A stretch of 64,000 nt of DNA, from contig OZ024740.1 in NCBI GenBank assembly GCA_964016885.1, positions 337,776,001 to 337,840,000 on the forward strand, in the 5' to 3' direction. Shown in pieces: positions 39,611 to 51,724 of the stretch. Origin of the DNA: Eledone cirrhosa. Its lineage: Eukaryota. The notes under the pieces were generated by a model. The model was not told where the DNA came from. It saw only the letters and a list, made by a program, of their open reading frames with translations, and did no database searches. Within the stretch, counting starts at the first letter, position 1; the number at the start of each line of letters is the position of its first letter. A program made the position numbers and the translations under genes.

Positions 39611-39945
39611 AATATATAAACAACTATCTGGTTGTGGAACCAACCAACCAACCAGAAATTTATAAATTTATTATAAATTTATTATAATAAATTGAAGTGA
39701 AAGCAACTGGTGCGTGTGTTTCTTATTGGCAACATGACCCTCCCAAAGTATAACAATATATATATAGTGAAAAGATAAGATAACAAGGACGATTGGTATG
39801 TCCTTTAGGGAGGAAGTGTTGTAGAACAATTCCATGGTGTTCCAGGTAAGCGCTCGACTAAGTAAGGAGCTAAATATTGAGAAGTGAACCTAAACATCGA
39901 GTGCTCACCCGGGTGAACCTACAGTTACTCCAAGAATAGCGAGTT

Positions 39946-39991
39946 TTGTTACTCTAGAGTTTCGCTTATTTATCAGAGGGTCATCAGACAA
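39946..39991 (-). ncRNA. Hammerhead motif (weak stem II) in TA-bounded unit 39768-40105
   Basis: Minus strand: ttgt CTGATGA ccctctgataaataagc GAAA ctctagag TA acaa. Stem III is the palindrome ACTCTAGAGT. Confidence 0.6.
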
Positions 39992-41115
39992 GATTACAGT
40001 GTTATAAACACAAGCAAAACACCAGTGTAACAAGACTCCCTAGTCAGCCTAAAACTCTACTTTGGTATTGAGTACTCTTTTTTCAACCTTCCACCATATA
40101 CGGATATATATATATAATCTCGAAGATCGAGTTGGAGCACGAATGTATTAGAATTCGTAAAATAACGAGAAGAATTCAAAGCAAGGAAGCTGTTAAAATA
40201 GCAAAATGCTGTCAATGACAGCGTCGGGTAAAATTTACCTCAAAGGACAAAAATCTGCAGCTAGAAGTGTGTTGGCCCGCAGGAGTGTTAGGAAGAAAGG
40301 ATAAAAGGAATAAAATGAACGAGACAAGATCAAACAAACATTTTTATACCTCATCAGCTCTTAGACCGATTGTGGTTTCACTAAGAGTACCACGTAAAAT
40401 TGTCGAATTGTGCAACAAAAAAATTAATATTTGTTGGTATGATGTTCGCAAGAAAAACGAACATATTAGAGAGACAGACCGACATATCAGAGAGAAGTAA
40501 AATGCGTCCTCTCGAAACCAAGTCGCTGCTAGAAAGGACAACAAAAGCCTTGGCTTTGGAAGTGGTAGCAAGCGGGAGCGACAAGCAAGAGCGGTGGATA
40601 GGAAAAGAAGTAGTAAGAATGGAAAGGTGGGGGAGAGAGAAAATGAATGAAAAAAAGGGAAAAGGAAGAGGTCCTTGGTTATTCCTTTCCCTCTTCCTTT
40701 TCCCCTTTCGTTCTTTTTCTCTCTCTCCTTCTATGTAACAGTTTGGTAATGCGTAGGTGTATCTATGGATTTGTAACTCTTGATAGAGTTATAGATACCC
40801 ATGTGACATGTCTGACTGGTAGGAGCACTGAGACACAACTGCGTGACCTAGGTTTACTGTGTGTCATTTCGGGTCAAGTTTGGCGCCAAACGCGAGCTTT
40901 GGTGTGCAGACAACATCCTGAAAAAAATGTTCGGTTTTGGGGGCTTTTCGGTATCCAGATAAAAAGATTGTGAACCTGTATGTATATATATATAAGCAGT
41001 ATATATGAAAACTAGTATAAATAATATGAGGCATTGTGATATGTGTAATAATTCATTGATATATATATATATATATATATATAAAGGGTAAAGGATGACA
41101 AATCAAAAACAAAGA

Positions 41116-41307
41116 AAATAATTGTTTCTACTTTTGGCACAAGGCCATCAATTAACCAGTACATTACTGGTACTTTATTTTATCGACCCCGTAAGGATGA
41201 AAGGCAAAGTTAACCTCGGCGGGATTTGAACTCAGACCGTAAAGGGAGGACGTAACTATGCTGGAAAGCATGGCGTTCGACTCTCTACCGATACTGCCAA
41301 TCCACAC
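41116..41307 (-). mobile_element. SINE family A
   Basis: Reverse complement of the consensus. Confidence 0.9.
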
Positions 41308-41409
41308 CCACATAATATTTCGGGGTTAAATCCTCATTCCAAATGCAAAACAAAAACGATGTGTTCTTCCTTTGAGCAGTGAAGGACGAACACGTTGTTT
41401 GTTTTTGCT

Positions 41410-42058
41410 TTGAACCATTTATAAGCTGAGGCAGCTAATCAACACATTGTTTAGATGGCATGATTTTGAAATTCTCATTAGTATGAAATATATTTATGAA
41501 GTTTTAATATTTTAATGTTTAAAGTGTCATTTAGAATATAATTTTTGTTTCACAACTCCATTACGTAATGAGTTTCCATTACGTTAAGTTTCAATAAGTT
41601 TCTCGAATGTTTGTTTACTTCTGGCCACTCACAAGCTGGGAGTACTTTGAAAGCAAAATATCGAATAAGAGAACTTTGTATAGGGATTCCTAGAGTAGAA
41701 GAGGGATGGAGACACAGCGAGTGAGGGGGTGGGTGGGGTGGAGAGAAGAGAACAATAAAATAAAATCAGAAGTAAGATTGAAGGAAATAATGTTGTCAGA
41801 GAAAAACATGTATGTGTATGGGATATTTATGTATTAAAAAGTACAAATAAAACTTTGACGGAAATATTTTCAAAGTAGTGTATAAATAACATCCCCAACG
41901 GTGTAGTAAATGTTGAAAAAGTGTTTCATTGTAAAATAATCACTCCAGATATGTTAGCATCTTATTTACGTAAAATTTGAAGTTGGTGAAAATCGTCAGA
42001 ATACTGACCCAAATATAAACTGAATCCCCATTTTACCATCGATGTTTTGGTCACAGTC
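41410..42058 (+). mobile_element. Second, TIR-less copy of the 45.5-kb MITE
   Basis: Collinear similarity to 45525-46118 (tttataagc.gaggcagctaatca..., ggccactcaca, cattgtaaaataatca). Confidence 0.75.
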
Positions 42059-42519
42059 ATTGGCTTATTTTTTAGTATATATGTTAGGCATATGTTTTGT
42101 TTTTGCAGGCGGCGAATTGGCAGAGTCGTTAAAACTTCGGATAGAATGCTTTATAGAATTCGTTCTTTCATCCTTTCGATGTCGATAAAAAAAAAGTACC
42201 AGTCTATTATTGGATCGATCCTCCTCTATATCTCTTTCTCATTTCCCCTCTCTCACTTTCTATCTTTCTCTGGAAGAAATCTACTGTATTAAGGACTGAA
42301 AAGGGGTGGGCTCTGCCAGACTGAAAATGCCCAAGAAACGCCGTATGTTAATATGCCGCCCCTACGACTCTATCAGAGCTTACGGGACCATACATACATG
42401 TTTTATTTAAGCTGAAATTACAGTGATTGCAACTATTACTGTTCAAATGTTTGAGACCATGAATTAAAGAATTACATGACTACTCTATTTTCAGTTATTA
42501 GATATTTCAAACTACCCTA

Positions 42520-43300
42520 AAATATTTTGATTTATTACAAAATTATATCAGCACTGAACGAGTGTGAAAAATTGAATCTTTATCAAACATTGTATTAAAT
42601 TTCAATGATTCGCATATATCACATTTGTTGTTACCATGCTCAGGAGTTTTGTCAAACAATTTTATAGCTTCTAATATGCATTCTGACAAAGTTGTGTTCA
42701 AAAGATCTTTCCAGATTTCTCTAAGAAAGTTGACTCTGATTAAATCATTTCTTAAATTCATTTTCAGTTAACCTGTTATAATCTTTGGAAACTGAATCAT
42801 CAACTGTAAGTAGTTTTGCATAATAATCTATTGATTTCGAAAGATATGAATTATTTAATGGACAATTTACGGAGTTAAGACAGTTACATGAACAGGAAGT
42901 ACTAGATGTAGATAGGCAAAATTATGTGTACAGCTGAAGCTAAATTTAACATTATTTCTATCAAAAATGTTATAATATTTATGATTCTCCGGAAAGTGTT
43001 TATATAATAAGGAAAAGAAATGGTTAGCAATACGTCTACTTACATTGAAATTAAATGAAGCATTGGTGCAAATGATTTTGTTTTCTATTTTTATGTGTCT
43101 GAAAATTTATATTTCTATAACTAATTTTATCTTTGAGTCTGCATCGTTTTAACACTTTGTAATAAGGGACAACTGTGTTCAAGGAAGATCTATCGGATGA
43201 AATATTGAATACTAATATTTTTCACTAAATCATCCGTATTACCTCAGATATGACAAAATGCCTAGAGCAGGTATCATGATAAATGGACTCAGTAGTGCAT
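42520..43300 (-). pseudogene. Decayed Naiad-type PLE (linker + GIY-YIG)
   Basis: HFFSLLYKHFPENHK...IFDRNNVKFSFSCTHN, CNCLNSVNCPLNNSYLSKSIDYYA, LTENEFKK*F, TTLSECI, KCDICE. Confidence 0.7.
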
Positions 43301-43789
43301 GAGATCGTATGTAAACAAATTATGGGCCACTGGCCTATCTGAGAATTTGGTAGGGTGCAATAATGTATATAAGCAAGATGCAATCTCTTGGGTAACTATA
43401 GAGTTAGTACCTCCATTTTGAATACCAATCCAGTCTGCAGTAGACCCGTCCAACCCTTGCTAATAAGGAAAGTAGATGTTAAATAATGATAATTCATAAT
43501 GGAATATAGGTGATTTGGAGTTATATTTATATTTTGTAATTTTCGTTTATATGTTAAAAATTAACGATATATGAAATTGCTTCAAGCATAAATTTTAGGA
43601 TTCAAGTTTTGAATAATTCAGATAACTTTTCTGAATCTAACTTTTGGGCATACATATTCTGTGTAAAATGAATGGTTCAATGGCATTTTTGTGTATATTT
43701 CATAATACTAACATAGTACCTAATATTTGAAGCATCTATCTCTGTCAGGTCCCTAGCTATTATGTGGATACTTTATATATTTTACCCTT

Positions 43790-44245
43790 AAGTGCTGGTG
43801 TTATGAAAAATGCACCCAGTACACCCTGTAAAGGTTTTGGTGATAAGAAAGGCATCCAGCAGAGAAACCATGCCAAAACGTGTAGATAGAACACTTCAGT
43901 TGTGTCAATTGCATAACAACCTTTCTAATGCTGGTGACATGATGCAATGCACCAAGTACACTTTGTAAAGTGATTGTTGATAGAAAGAACATCTAGTCCT
44001 GGAACACGTGCCAAACAAAGGGTCAAGAAAACCCTTTGGTTTTGTAAATTGCTTGATAACTTCTCTAGTGTTGGTGACCTGATAAAAAGCACCCAATACA
44101 ATCTGTGAAGTAATTGGTGATAAGAAGGGCACCTAGATGTAGATAACTCATCAAACAAAGGGTCAAGAGGACTCTTGCATTGTGTCAAAGACATGACAAC
44201 ATTTGTAATGGTGGTGTTTTGATAAAATGCACCCAGTGCAACCTG
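43790..44245 (+). repeat. Degenerate tandem repeat (~135-140 bp, 3-4 units) of the SINE B central segment
   Basis: gcacccagtacac.ctgtaaag...ggtgataagaagggcatc.ag recurs at ~43810, 43950, 44090 and 44230. Confidence 0.65.
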
Positions 44246-44754
44246 TTGTATGCAGGAACATATGTAAGATGCAGCTCTTGGCTCATCTGTGAGGCCAGTA
44301 TCATTATATTAAGTACTGATTTAGTCTGTGACCAGCTGTTCAGCTCTTGCTAGCAAGGAAAACAGGTGTTAAATGATGATGAAGGTGAAGAGATCTTTGT
44401 GTTTTGTCTCGACCAAGAGCTGTTTGGTCTCAATATTGAATCTTGTGCTTCTGATAGCGATGTAATCCTTCTGTATCGATTTTCACTTTGTTTAGTCGTT
44501 TCAGGTATTAGCCATGTAAAATATTTTCTTGTTAATGTTTCAGCACGACTTGTAATCTACAATTTGATGGAATCAATATCCAAATGTAGACATATATCAC
44601 GCTTCAAAAGTTGTTGACCATCAAATTCATTTTATCCACCGTCTATAATAAATAGTGAGTCATACTACAGGCTAGTATACAAACATGGAACGCTTGTGAC
44701 CTAACATTATTCTAATGTTAATAATTAACATAACAATATACCAATAACATTATT

Positions 44755-44943
44755 GTGGATTGGTAGTATCGGTAGAGGGTCGGACACTATGCTTTGACGC
44801 ATAGAGTTACGACCCTTTCCATTCTGAGTTCAACTCCCGCCGAGGTTAACTTTGCCTTTCATCCTTACGGGGTCGGTAAAATAAAGTACCAGTAATGCAC
44901 TGGGTAATTGCTGGCCTTGTGCCAAAGGTAGAAACAATTATTA
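44755..44943 (+). mobile_element. SINE family A
   Basis: Consensus match. Confidence 0.9.
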
Positions 44944-45468
44944 CAATGCTACATTCTTAATTAAAGAATGAATGTTTAAACGAAATGTTAAAATGTTATT
45001 AATTCACAAATTTAAGTTATTAATTAATGATGTATAATAAAAAGTAAGGCTGGTATTACTATTAATTGGTGAGGGATTACAATTGTTTGTTAAAAGTGTA
45101 GTAGAATGATAATATGGTATGTTCCCACCATTCATTGTTTAAATAACACCACTATTGCTGATGTTATTGTCATTGTTGATGGTAATATCGATGCTCTATA
45201 GGTTGAATTTATTAAAGAGAGAGAATGACATTGTATAAAAGCTTGTGCAGTTGCTTTTCTTAAAGAAACTGTGAAAAGTTAACTCAAGGAGTACTGCCAA
45301 AATATAAATGATGCTCATTTTAATAATTGGGTTTGGTCCTACAATATCAAGTATCAGTCTCTGCTAAGGTTTTGTTGATATTATAAATTAGCCAGTTGTC
45401 ATTTTGATTAGGTAAAGCACATATATTACATGATCTAATTTCGTCTGTAGCATGTTTTCTGAATAGGA

Positions 45469-46148
45469 CTGTATATACTCAAATATAAGTCGACCCTTTA
45501 TATCTGAAAATGAGGAAAAATCCAAAGCCCGTTTATAAGCCGAGGCAGCTAATCAGCAGATTATGTTTAGATGGCGTGATTTCGAAATTCTCATGAATGG
45601 AGAATATATTTAAGAAGTTTTAATATTTAAAGTATTTTGAGTATCGTTTAGAGTATAGTTTTTGGTTCACAACTACATTACATAAGGATTTTGATCAGTT
45701 CATCTGGTTTAAAGTTCCAACAAGGTTCTCAAATTTTTGTTTACTTCCGGCCACTCACATGATAGGAGTAGTTGAAAGCAAGAAATCTAATAAGAGAAAA
45801 TTGTATAGGGAGGGATACATAGAGTAGAAAAGTGGGGGAGACAGCAAACAAGAGAAGAGAGAGCAATAAAATACAAGTCAGAAGTAAGATTTCAATCTTA
45901 CGTACGATTGAAAGAAAAAAGTATAATTAAGTCACAGAGAAAATCAGTCGACAAACTTGTATATGTTTGTGTGTAGCTATGTGTGTTTCATTGTAAAATA
46001 ATCATTCCAGATATTTTAGCACCTTATTTGCGTAAAATCTGAAGTTGGGGAAAATCAGCAAAATATTAACTTTGAATATAAGTTGATCCACATTTTAACA
46101 TCGAGTTTTTTGTCATACATTCCTCGACTTATATACGAGTATATACGG
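45469..46148. mobile_element. Tc1/mariner-superfamily (Tc2/pogo-like) non-autonomous DNA transposon
   Basis: TIRs ctgtatatactcaaatataagtcga / tcgacttatatacgagtatatacgg followed by TA. Confidence 0.8.
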
Positions 46149-48049
46149 TAAGTTCCATCTCTTCATGAATTTTTTTTTTAATCTGTATGTTCATCATTCA
46201 ACACAAATTCATCACCTGTAGCAATAGCAAAAAATTCTATTTAACACATAGCATCATATTAGCAAGATATTCTTGAAAAGTATGAAACATTGTTACAACT
46301 ACAAAACATTAACAATTGATACCTTTACTGCAAATGTTCCCAATGATCTGTCCACGAGTATAGACACAACAAATATTGGAATTAACAAACATATTAGATA
46401 TTTTCTAGTAAAAGAGTTAAAGAAACATTTGCAGCCAAATTCTCTTTTCACAGACAATATTGTATTTCATAGCAAAACTCTGAAAGATGTTGTCTTTAGT
46501 GACACAGTTTAGGATTTTAAATAGTAGATTCAAGTCGACTATGAAATAGGAAAGGCATTGTTAATCTCTAAAAAATTTAAGTTCTTTGTGGTAATAGATA
46601 ATACAGGAATTCTTTGATTATTTCAAAGGTTTCTAACCCTACAGCAAGCTATTAATTTTCAATATCATTAAATATCATTGCTGCCCATTTCACATTAAGA
46701 CAAAACTTATTGATGATATAGACATGTCTGTTTCAAGATTATGCAGTGAACCAGGTGTCAGAACAGATAATGAAGCTGTCACAAGATTGTTGTTCAGTTT
46801 CTTAATTGTATTAAGACCAATAATTATTTCTATTATAATAGAAAATGAGAATGCTGAAATTTCAGCAAAACATTTCTATCCATTTTGAATGATAGTAAGT
46901 AATTAACCCAATGAAACACTCAAGAAATTTAGAATTTTCAACCTCAAGAAAACCAAATGGTGGCTGATATCTGCAGTCTCTCAGGATCCAGCAACATCTT
47001 GCCTTCATTAAAACATTGACAGAGAAATGATAACTTAATCACATTGAATTTAGATTTGAGAAAAAACTTGAAAATTTTATTCCTTGATCCTTTTATTTTT
47101 TCCACATACTGCTGCATCATCAAAGTAATTAACTACCCCCTTTTAAGTCCTTAACACTTTCTCTCTTTACTTTGCTAAAACCTGGCACTCTATCTGTAAC
47201 TCTTAAAGGCAATTATGTAAATTGTATAATTCGTTATTTGCTTCAAAGTTTGCAAATATTGTTGCTGGGGAGACATGATCATTGATTATATGCTGAATAA
47301 AGATCAGTAGTATTGATATGAGGATTTCTATGAATTTGGCTTAAAACATCACTAATGAGAATGGCATGGGAGATGCATCTAGTTGTCTGTGTCTATTAAT
47401 AGTAGATATGTTCTCAATGACTAAATGCCTTTTGCCGTAACTTTTGTTGACCTACAACAATCTGAGAACACCATGGTGACTTTGCAAGTATAATTATTCT
47501 CTTAACCAGCAGTTTATTAATTTCAATGTTAATGATTTCCCTGTCTTCAAAGGAGCAATTTTAAGTGGAGTAACATGGATATCTTTTTACAGAAATTCCA
47601 AAACTTTACTCTGTAAATGTTCAAAGTTTTAAAGGCTTGTTAAATGTATTATTAAATTTCAGGTCAACACATGCATTAAATAGGTGGGAGTTTGTCATTA
47701 AATTCAATCTCAATTTAAAGATGACCCAGTTAGTAATTAATATAATATAATATTTTGCAGTTAGTAATTAATATAATATACAATAACCCCATGAGTTTAT
47801 GAACTATTTGGGGCTAGGTGAATGTGTTTGTTAATGTTGAAAGTCCATTCAATCAAAAGTGACTTAAGGGTTATTCTTATTGTTTTTAATACAATGTACA
47901 CATGTGTATAATGTAAAATTAATAAGGAAAAATTAATAACAATTTAAGTATTTTTTACCTATTTTATGGCAGTTTGTTGAAGAGTATTTTGCCATGACTG
48001 TAGTGGTACTATAGTAATGTACTGTTATTATTTGGTCCACTAAGTGCAG

Positions 48050-48482
48050 TGGGTTGAGGGTATTGGTACTGTCAGACACCCTGCTGCACGGCATATAGTT
48101 ACGACACTTTACATTCTGAGTTCAAATCCTGCCAAGGTTACCTTTGCCTTTCATCCTCATAGGGTCGATAAAATAAGGCACCAGTAATGCACTGGGGTTG
48201 ATTTAATCGACTTCCCCTCCCCAAAATTGTTGGCCTTGTGCCTAAATCAGAAACCGTTATTTGGTCCACTAAAATGGTGGTGGATTTGCAGAATTGTTAA
48301 AGCAGCAGACAAATGCTTAGAAGTATTTATTCTGGCTCTGTACATTCTCAGTTCAAATCCTGTTGATGTCAACTTTGCCTTTCATTCTTCTGGGGTTGAT
48401 AAAACAAAGTACCAGTCACATACTTGAATCGATGTAATCGACTTTCCTCCCCCTGCGAATTGCTAGCCTTGTGCCTAATTAT
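48050..48482 (+). mobile_element. Two tandem SINE family A-related copies
   Basis: Two B boxes (gttcaaatcc) and two gccttgtgcct tails. Confidence 0.8.
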
Positions 48483-50199
48483 TCTGTTTGTTCAATCAGA
48501 CCTCCGTTAAATCAGGGTGTTAAACCTAAGGTTTACTATAAGTATAGAATATCCAAAATTAAACTGAAATTTTTAATCCTATTTGCAGTTAATACATTAA
48601 AAAAATTATTCCTGTTGTTTTCCCATCTTCATCATACCTGTCTCTTACTTTAGCAATCTCTGGTTTGCATTGCTTGGCTTCTTTCAAAACTGAAAATAGT
48701 TATTTTTTATTCTTTCTTTACTTGATATTATTTTTGTAGTCATTACAGTAGATGATTTCTGGTTGCAGCAAAGTCACACCTCTATGTATTCATTGTAAAT
48801 ATAGAATTGATGTCTCAGCTTTTGAATAGTGGATTCTATTTACGATCATTAGTTTTCTTGTTTTCCAATCTAATATTGCTAATTCATTTAATTTATATTT
48901 GAGAATATTATAACTACAACTTGTTATTAGAACAGCTAGGGTAATGAAAGCTATTAAGTTGTTTTCAGTATAAGTAGACTTTTAAGTACTATTCTAATAC
49001 AACAATGATATTTCTTTCTTACATTTTTCATTAATGTTTTGTAATTCATTTATCTGGTCCATTAATTATAAAGTAGTATTTATAAGTCGGTGATTGATTT
49101 AATTTTCTTCTATCTGTTTCTTTACAAAACATGATATTAGGGGGTTTTATTTGTTTTACTCGTCTCAAGATTTGACTCTTTGACAGATTATTTTCTGGCT
49201 CGAATTATTTGGTAATTTTGTGTATTGTCTGTAGTAGTGTTTCTAGTTATTTATCATCCATATACAGAAAAAAAGTTGATTGGCTTCCCATATTATTTGT
49301 ATTTGAGTCAAGTCTGATTGAGGATGATGGTTGAATGTGTTAACACCAGGTGGGAAAAAAAGGAGTGAAGAGAAGGAATCCCCTTAGATTATATCAGTTC
49401 TATCAGAGATTGTTTCGTTTTTATGATTATCTTTATTATCTATGCCATGCTTGGACAATTCTCTCTCATTTAGTTATAACTTTGATGATCAGTAATGGAT
49501 CTTATATTTATATTAATTAGTATTTGGGATATCCAATTTTTTCTACCAGAACTATGGTGCAGTTTCATATTTTTGAGTTCTTGTGAAGATTATTATAGAC
49601 TGAAGATAAAATGCCATTTTTTCTTTGTTCAAAAACCTGTTACATTATATATAACATCATATTTATAACTATCTAATGAAAATCTTTTATCTTAGCCACT
49701 CTTTAGTTTTGATTTTAAGTTCTATTAAAATAGAAATAAAAATATTTCTGTTATAATCACATCATCTTGATTCTCATTGCTGATTTCATCAAAAGTTATG
49801 GATTTTTAATATTTTATTTTCTGTATATCTCTACAACTGTTTTCTATATTTAGATTTTCCTAGTCAAGAATCTCTAAGGTAGCAGTCCTTGTTCTGTATG
49901 ATTACTGCAGCTGTTACATGGATTATGTATTACTTAACCACAGGATGATCCTGATAGATTGGACCTATGACCAAAGGTTTTCCATCTGTTGAGGTGTATA
50001 TAGGAGTAGATTAAGAGAAGCTGCTAACATTTCAATGTAAAGGATCAATGACAAATGTGGATTGATCAGTGTTGAGTGCATAACATCTCCTACATTGTGG
50101 ATTATCCATTAAGGAAATGGAGTAGGATATTAAAGAAGGAAAAGGAGAAAAAAAACAATAAAACATGAACAACAATAACTATAATAATACTAATATTAA

Positions 50200-50420
50200 T
50201 AATGATCTCCCCTATAGGAACAAAGCCAGAAATTTTGAGGGAGGGGAAAGTCGATTAAATCGACCCCACTGCATTACTGGTGTTTTATTTTATCAACCCT
50301 GTAAGGATGAAAGGCAAAGCTAACCTCGGTGGGATTCGAACCCAGAACGTAAAGGGCCATAACTCTCTGCTGCAAAGCATAAGGTTATGGTATCTGATAC
50401 TCTACCAACACTGCCAATCT
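50200..50420 (-). mobile_element. SINE family A (long-tail variant)
   Basis: Reverse complement of the consensus. Confidence 0.8.
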
Positions 50421-50774
50421 AATAATATTCATAATAATAACAATAATCTATATTATAAAAGAGAAGCTGGTTCTCTGTCTTTCTGTCCAACATAACATAT
50501 ATGGAAGAAGAGGAGAAAAAGAAGTGAAAAGTCATTGTTGTCAAGAGAAACACACACACACATACACCCCCCCCCCCACATACACACAGAGAGGAGAAAG
50601 TGTGTGTGTGTGAAAGAGAGGTGACATCAGAATGATAGCGATAGTCTTTAAGACTGAAGTCCAAGTCGCTAACCGCTCTATCTATCTTTCACAAACTCTC
50701 TTAACAACAACAACGATTCACTCCTTCCCTTTTCCCCTTCTACATATATGTGTGAAAAGTTGTTGTTGAGAGAC

Positions 50775-51202
50775 AAATACAGTGTGAGATAGAGAAAATT
50801 TGTGAAAGATAGATAGGGTGGGAGAGTGTTGATTAATAAATATTTTACTGGAACATAGCCACGGACTTTTGCTAATAATAATTGTTTCTACTTTTGGCAC
50901 AAAGCCAGCAACTACTCCAGTGCATTACTGGTACTTTATTTCATTGACCCCGTAAGGAAGAAAGGCAAACTTAACCTTGGCGGGATTTGTTAACTTTGCT
51001 TTTCATCCTTCCGGGTGTCAATAAAATAAAGTACCAGTAATAAACTGGGATAATTGCTGGCCTTCTGTCAAAAGCAGAAACAATTATCATTATTAGCAAA
51101 AACCCGTGGCTACGATCCAGTAAAAATATTTGTTAATCAACATTTCCTCCATATCTATCTTTCACAGACTTTCTCTCTCTCTCTCTGTCTCACACTGTAT
51201 TA
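50775..51202. repeat. Diverged ~430-bp fold-back made of a SINE A 3' half plus ~100 bp of flank
   Basis: aatacagtgtgagatagaga...tagccacggacttttgctaataat mirrored by attattagcaaaaacccgtggcta...tctcacactgtatt; centre ~50985. Confidence 0.8.
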
Positions 51203-51423
51203 AATAATTCTTTCTGATTTAGGCACAAAGTCAACAATTTTGTGGGAGGGGAAAGTCATTTAAATCAACTCCAGTGCATTACTGGTACTTTATTTTATTG
51301 ACCCTGTAAAGATGAAAGGCAAAGTTAACTTCGGCAGGATTTGAACTCAGAATGTAAAGAGCCGAGCTCTATGCCAGAAAGCATGGTGTCCAATGCTCTA
51401 CCAATACTGCCAATCCACTACCC

Positions 51424-51424
<1 letters not shown>
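51203..51424 (-). mobile_element. SINE family A abutting the 3' end of Tx1 copy 1
   Basis: Consensus match; followed by (AAT)n. Confidence 0.88.
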
Positions 51425-51466
<42 letters not shown>

Positions 51467-51724
51467 TTCTTTATTAACCACAAGGGTTTACATAAAGTAG
51501 ACATTAAGGACAGTGCAGGACAATGCAGGACGGTACAAATGGGCATTTCTGCGTGTAAAAAACAAAAACAGAGGATGTAACAAAAATAACAATGAAAATA
51601 ACAATGAAAAATTCCCCAATAGGGGGGAGACTTCGGAGGGACATTTGTGGTGAAAGCCCAGTAAAAAGCCACAATGACCCTGACCACCAAGGCAAGTGCC
51701 CTCTCCCAGTTTTCCACCTTTAAT

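Larger units (their letters stand above)
37580..39760 (+). mobile_element. 5'-truncated Penelope-like element with inverted 5' copy of its 3' pLTR
   Basis: 37638-37937 is the reverse complement of 39487-39758. RT and GIY-YIG ORF lie inside; (TA)n flanks. Confidence 0.92.

Noticed and set aside
42768-42804. Apparent small host exon (ttttcag...gtaagt)
   Set aside because: Falls within the minus-strand Naiad endonuclease relic; no supporting neighbouring exons.
46150-47700. Possible hAT transposase relic on the minus strand (RCISHAI, LLDP)
   Set aside because: Motifs too short and scattered to support by eye.
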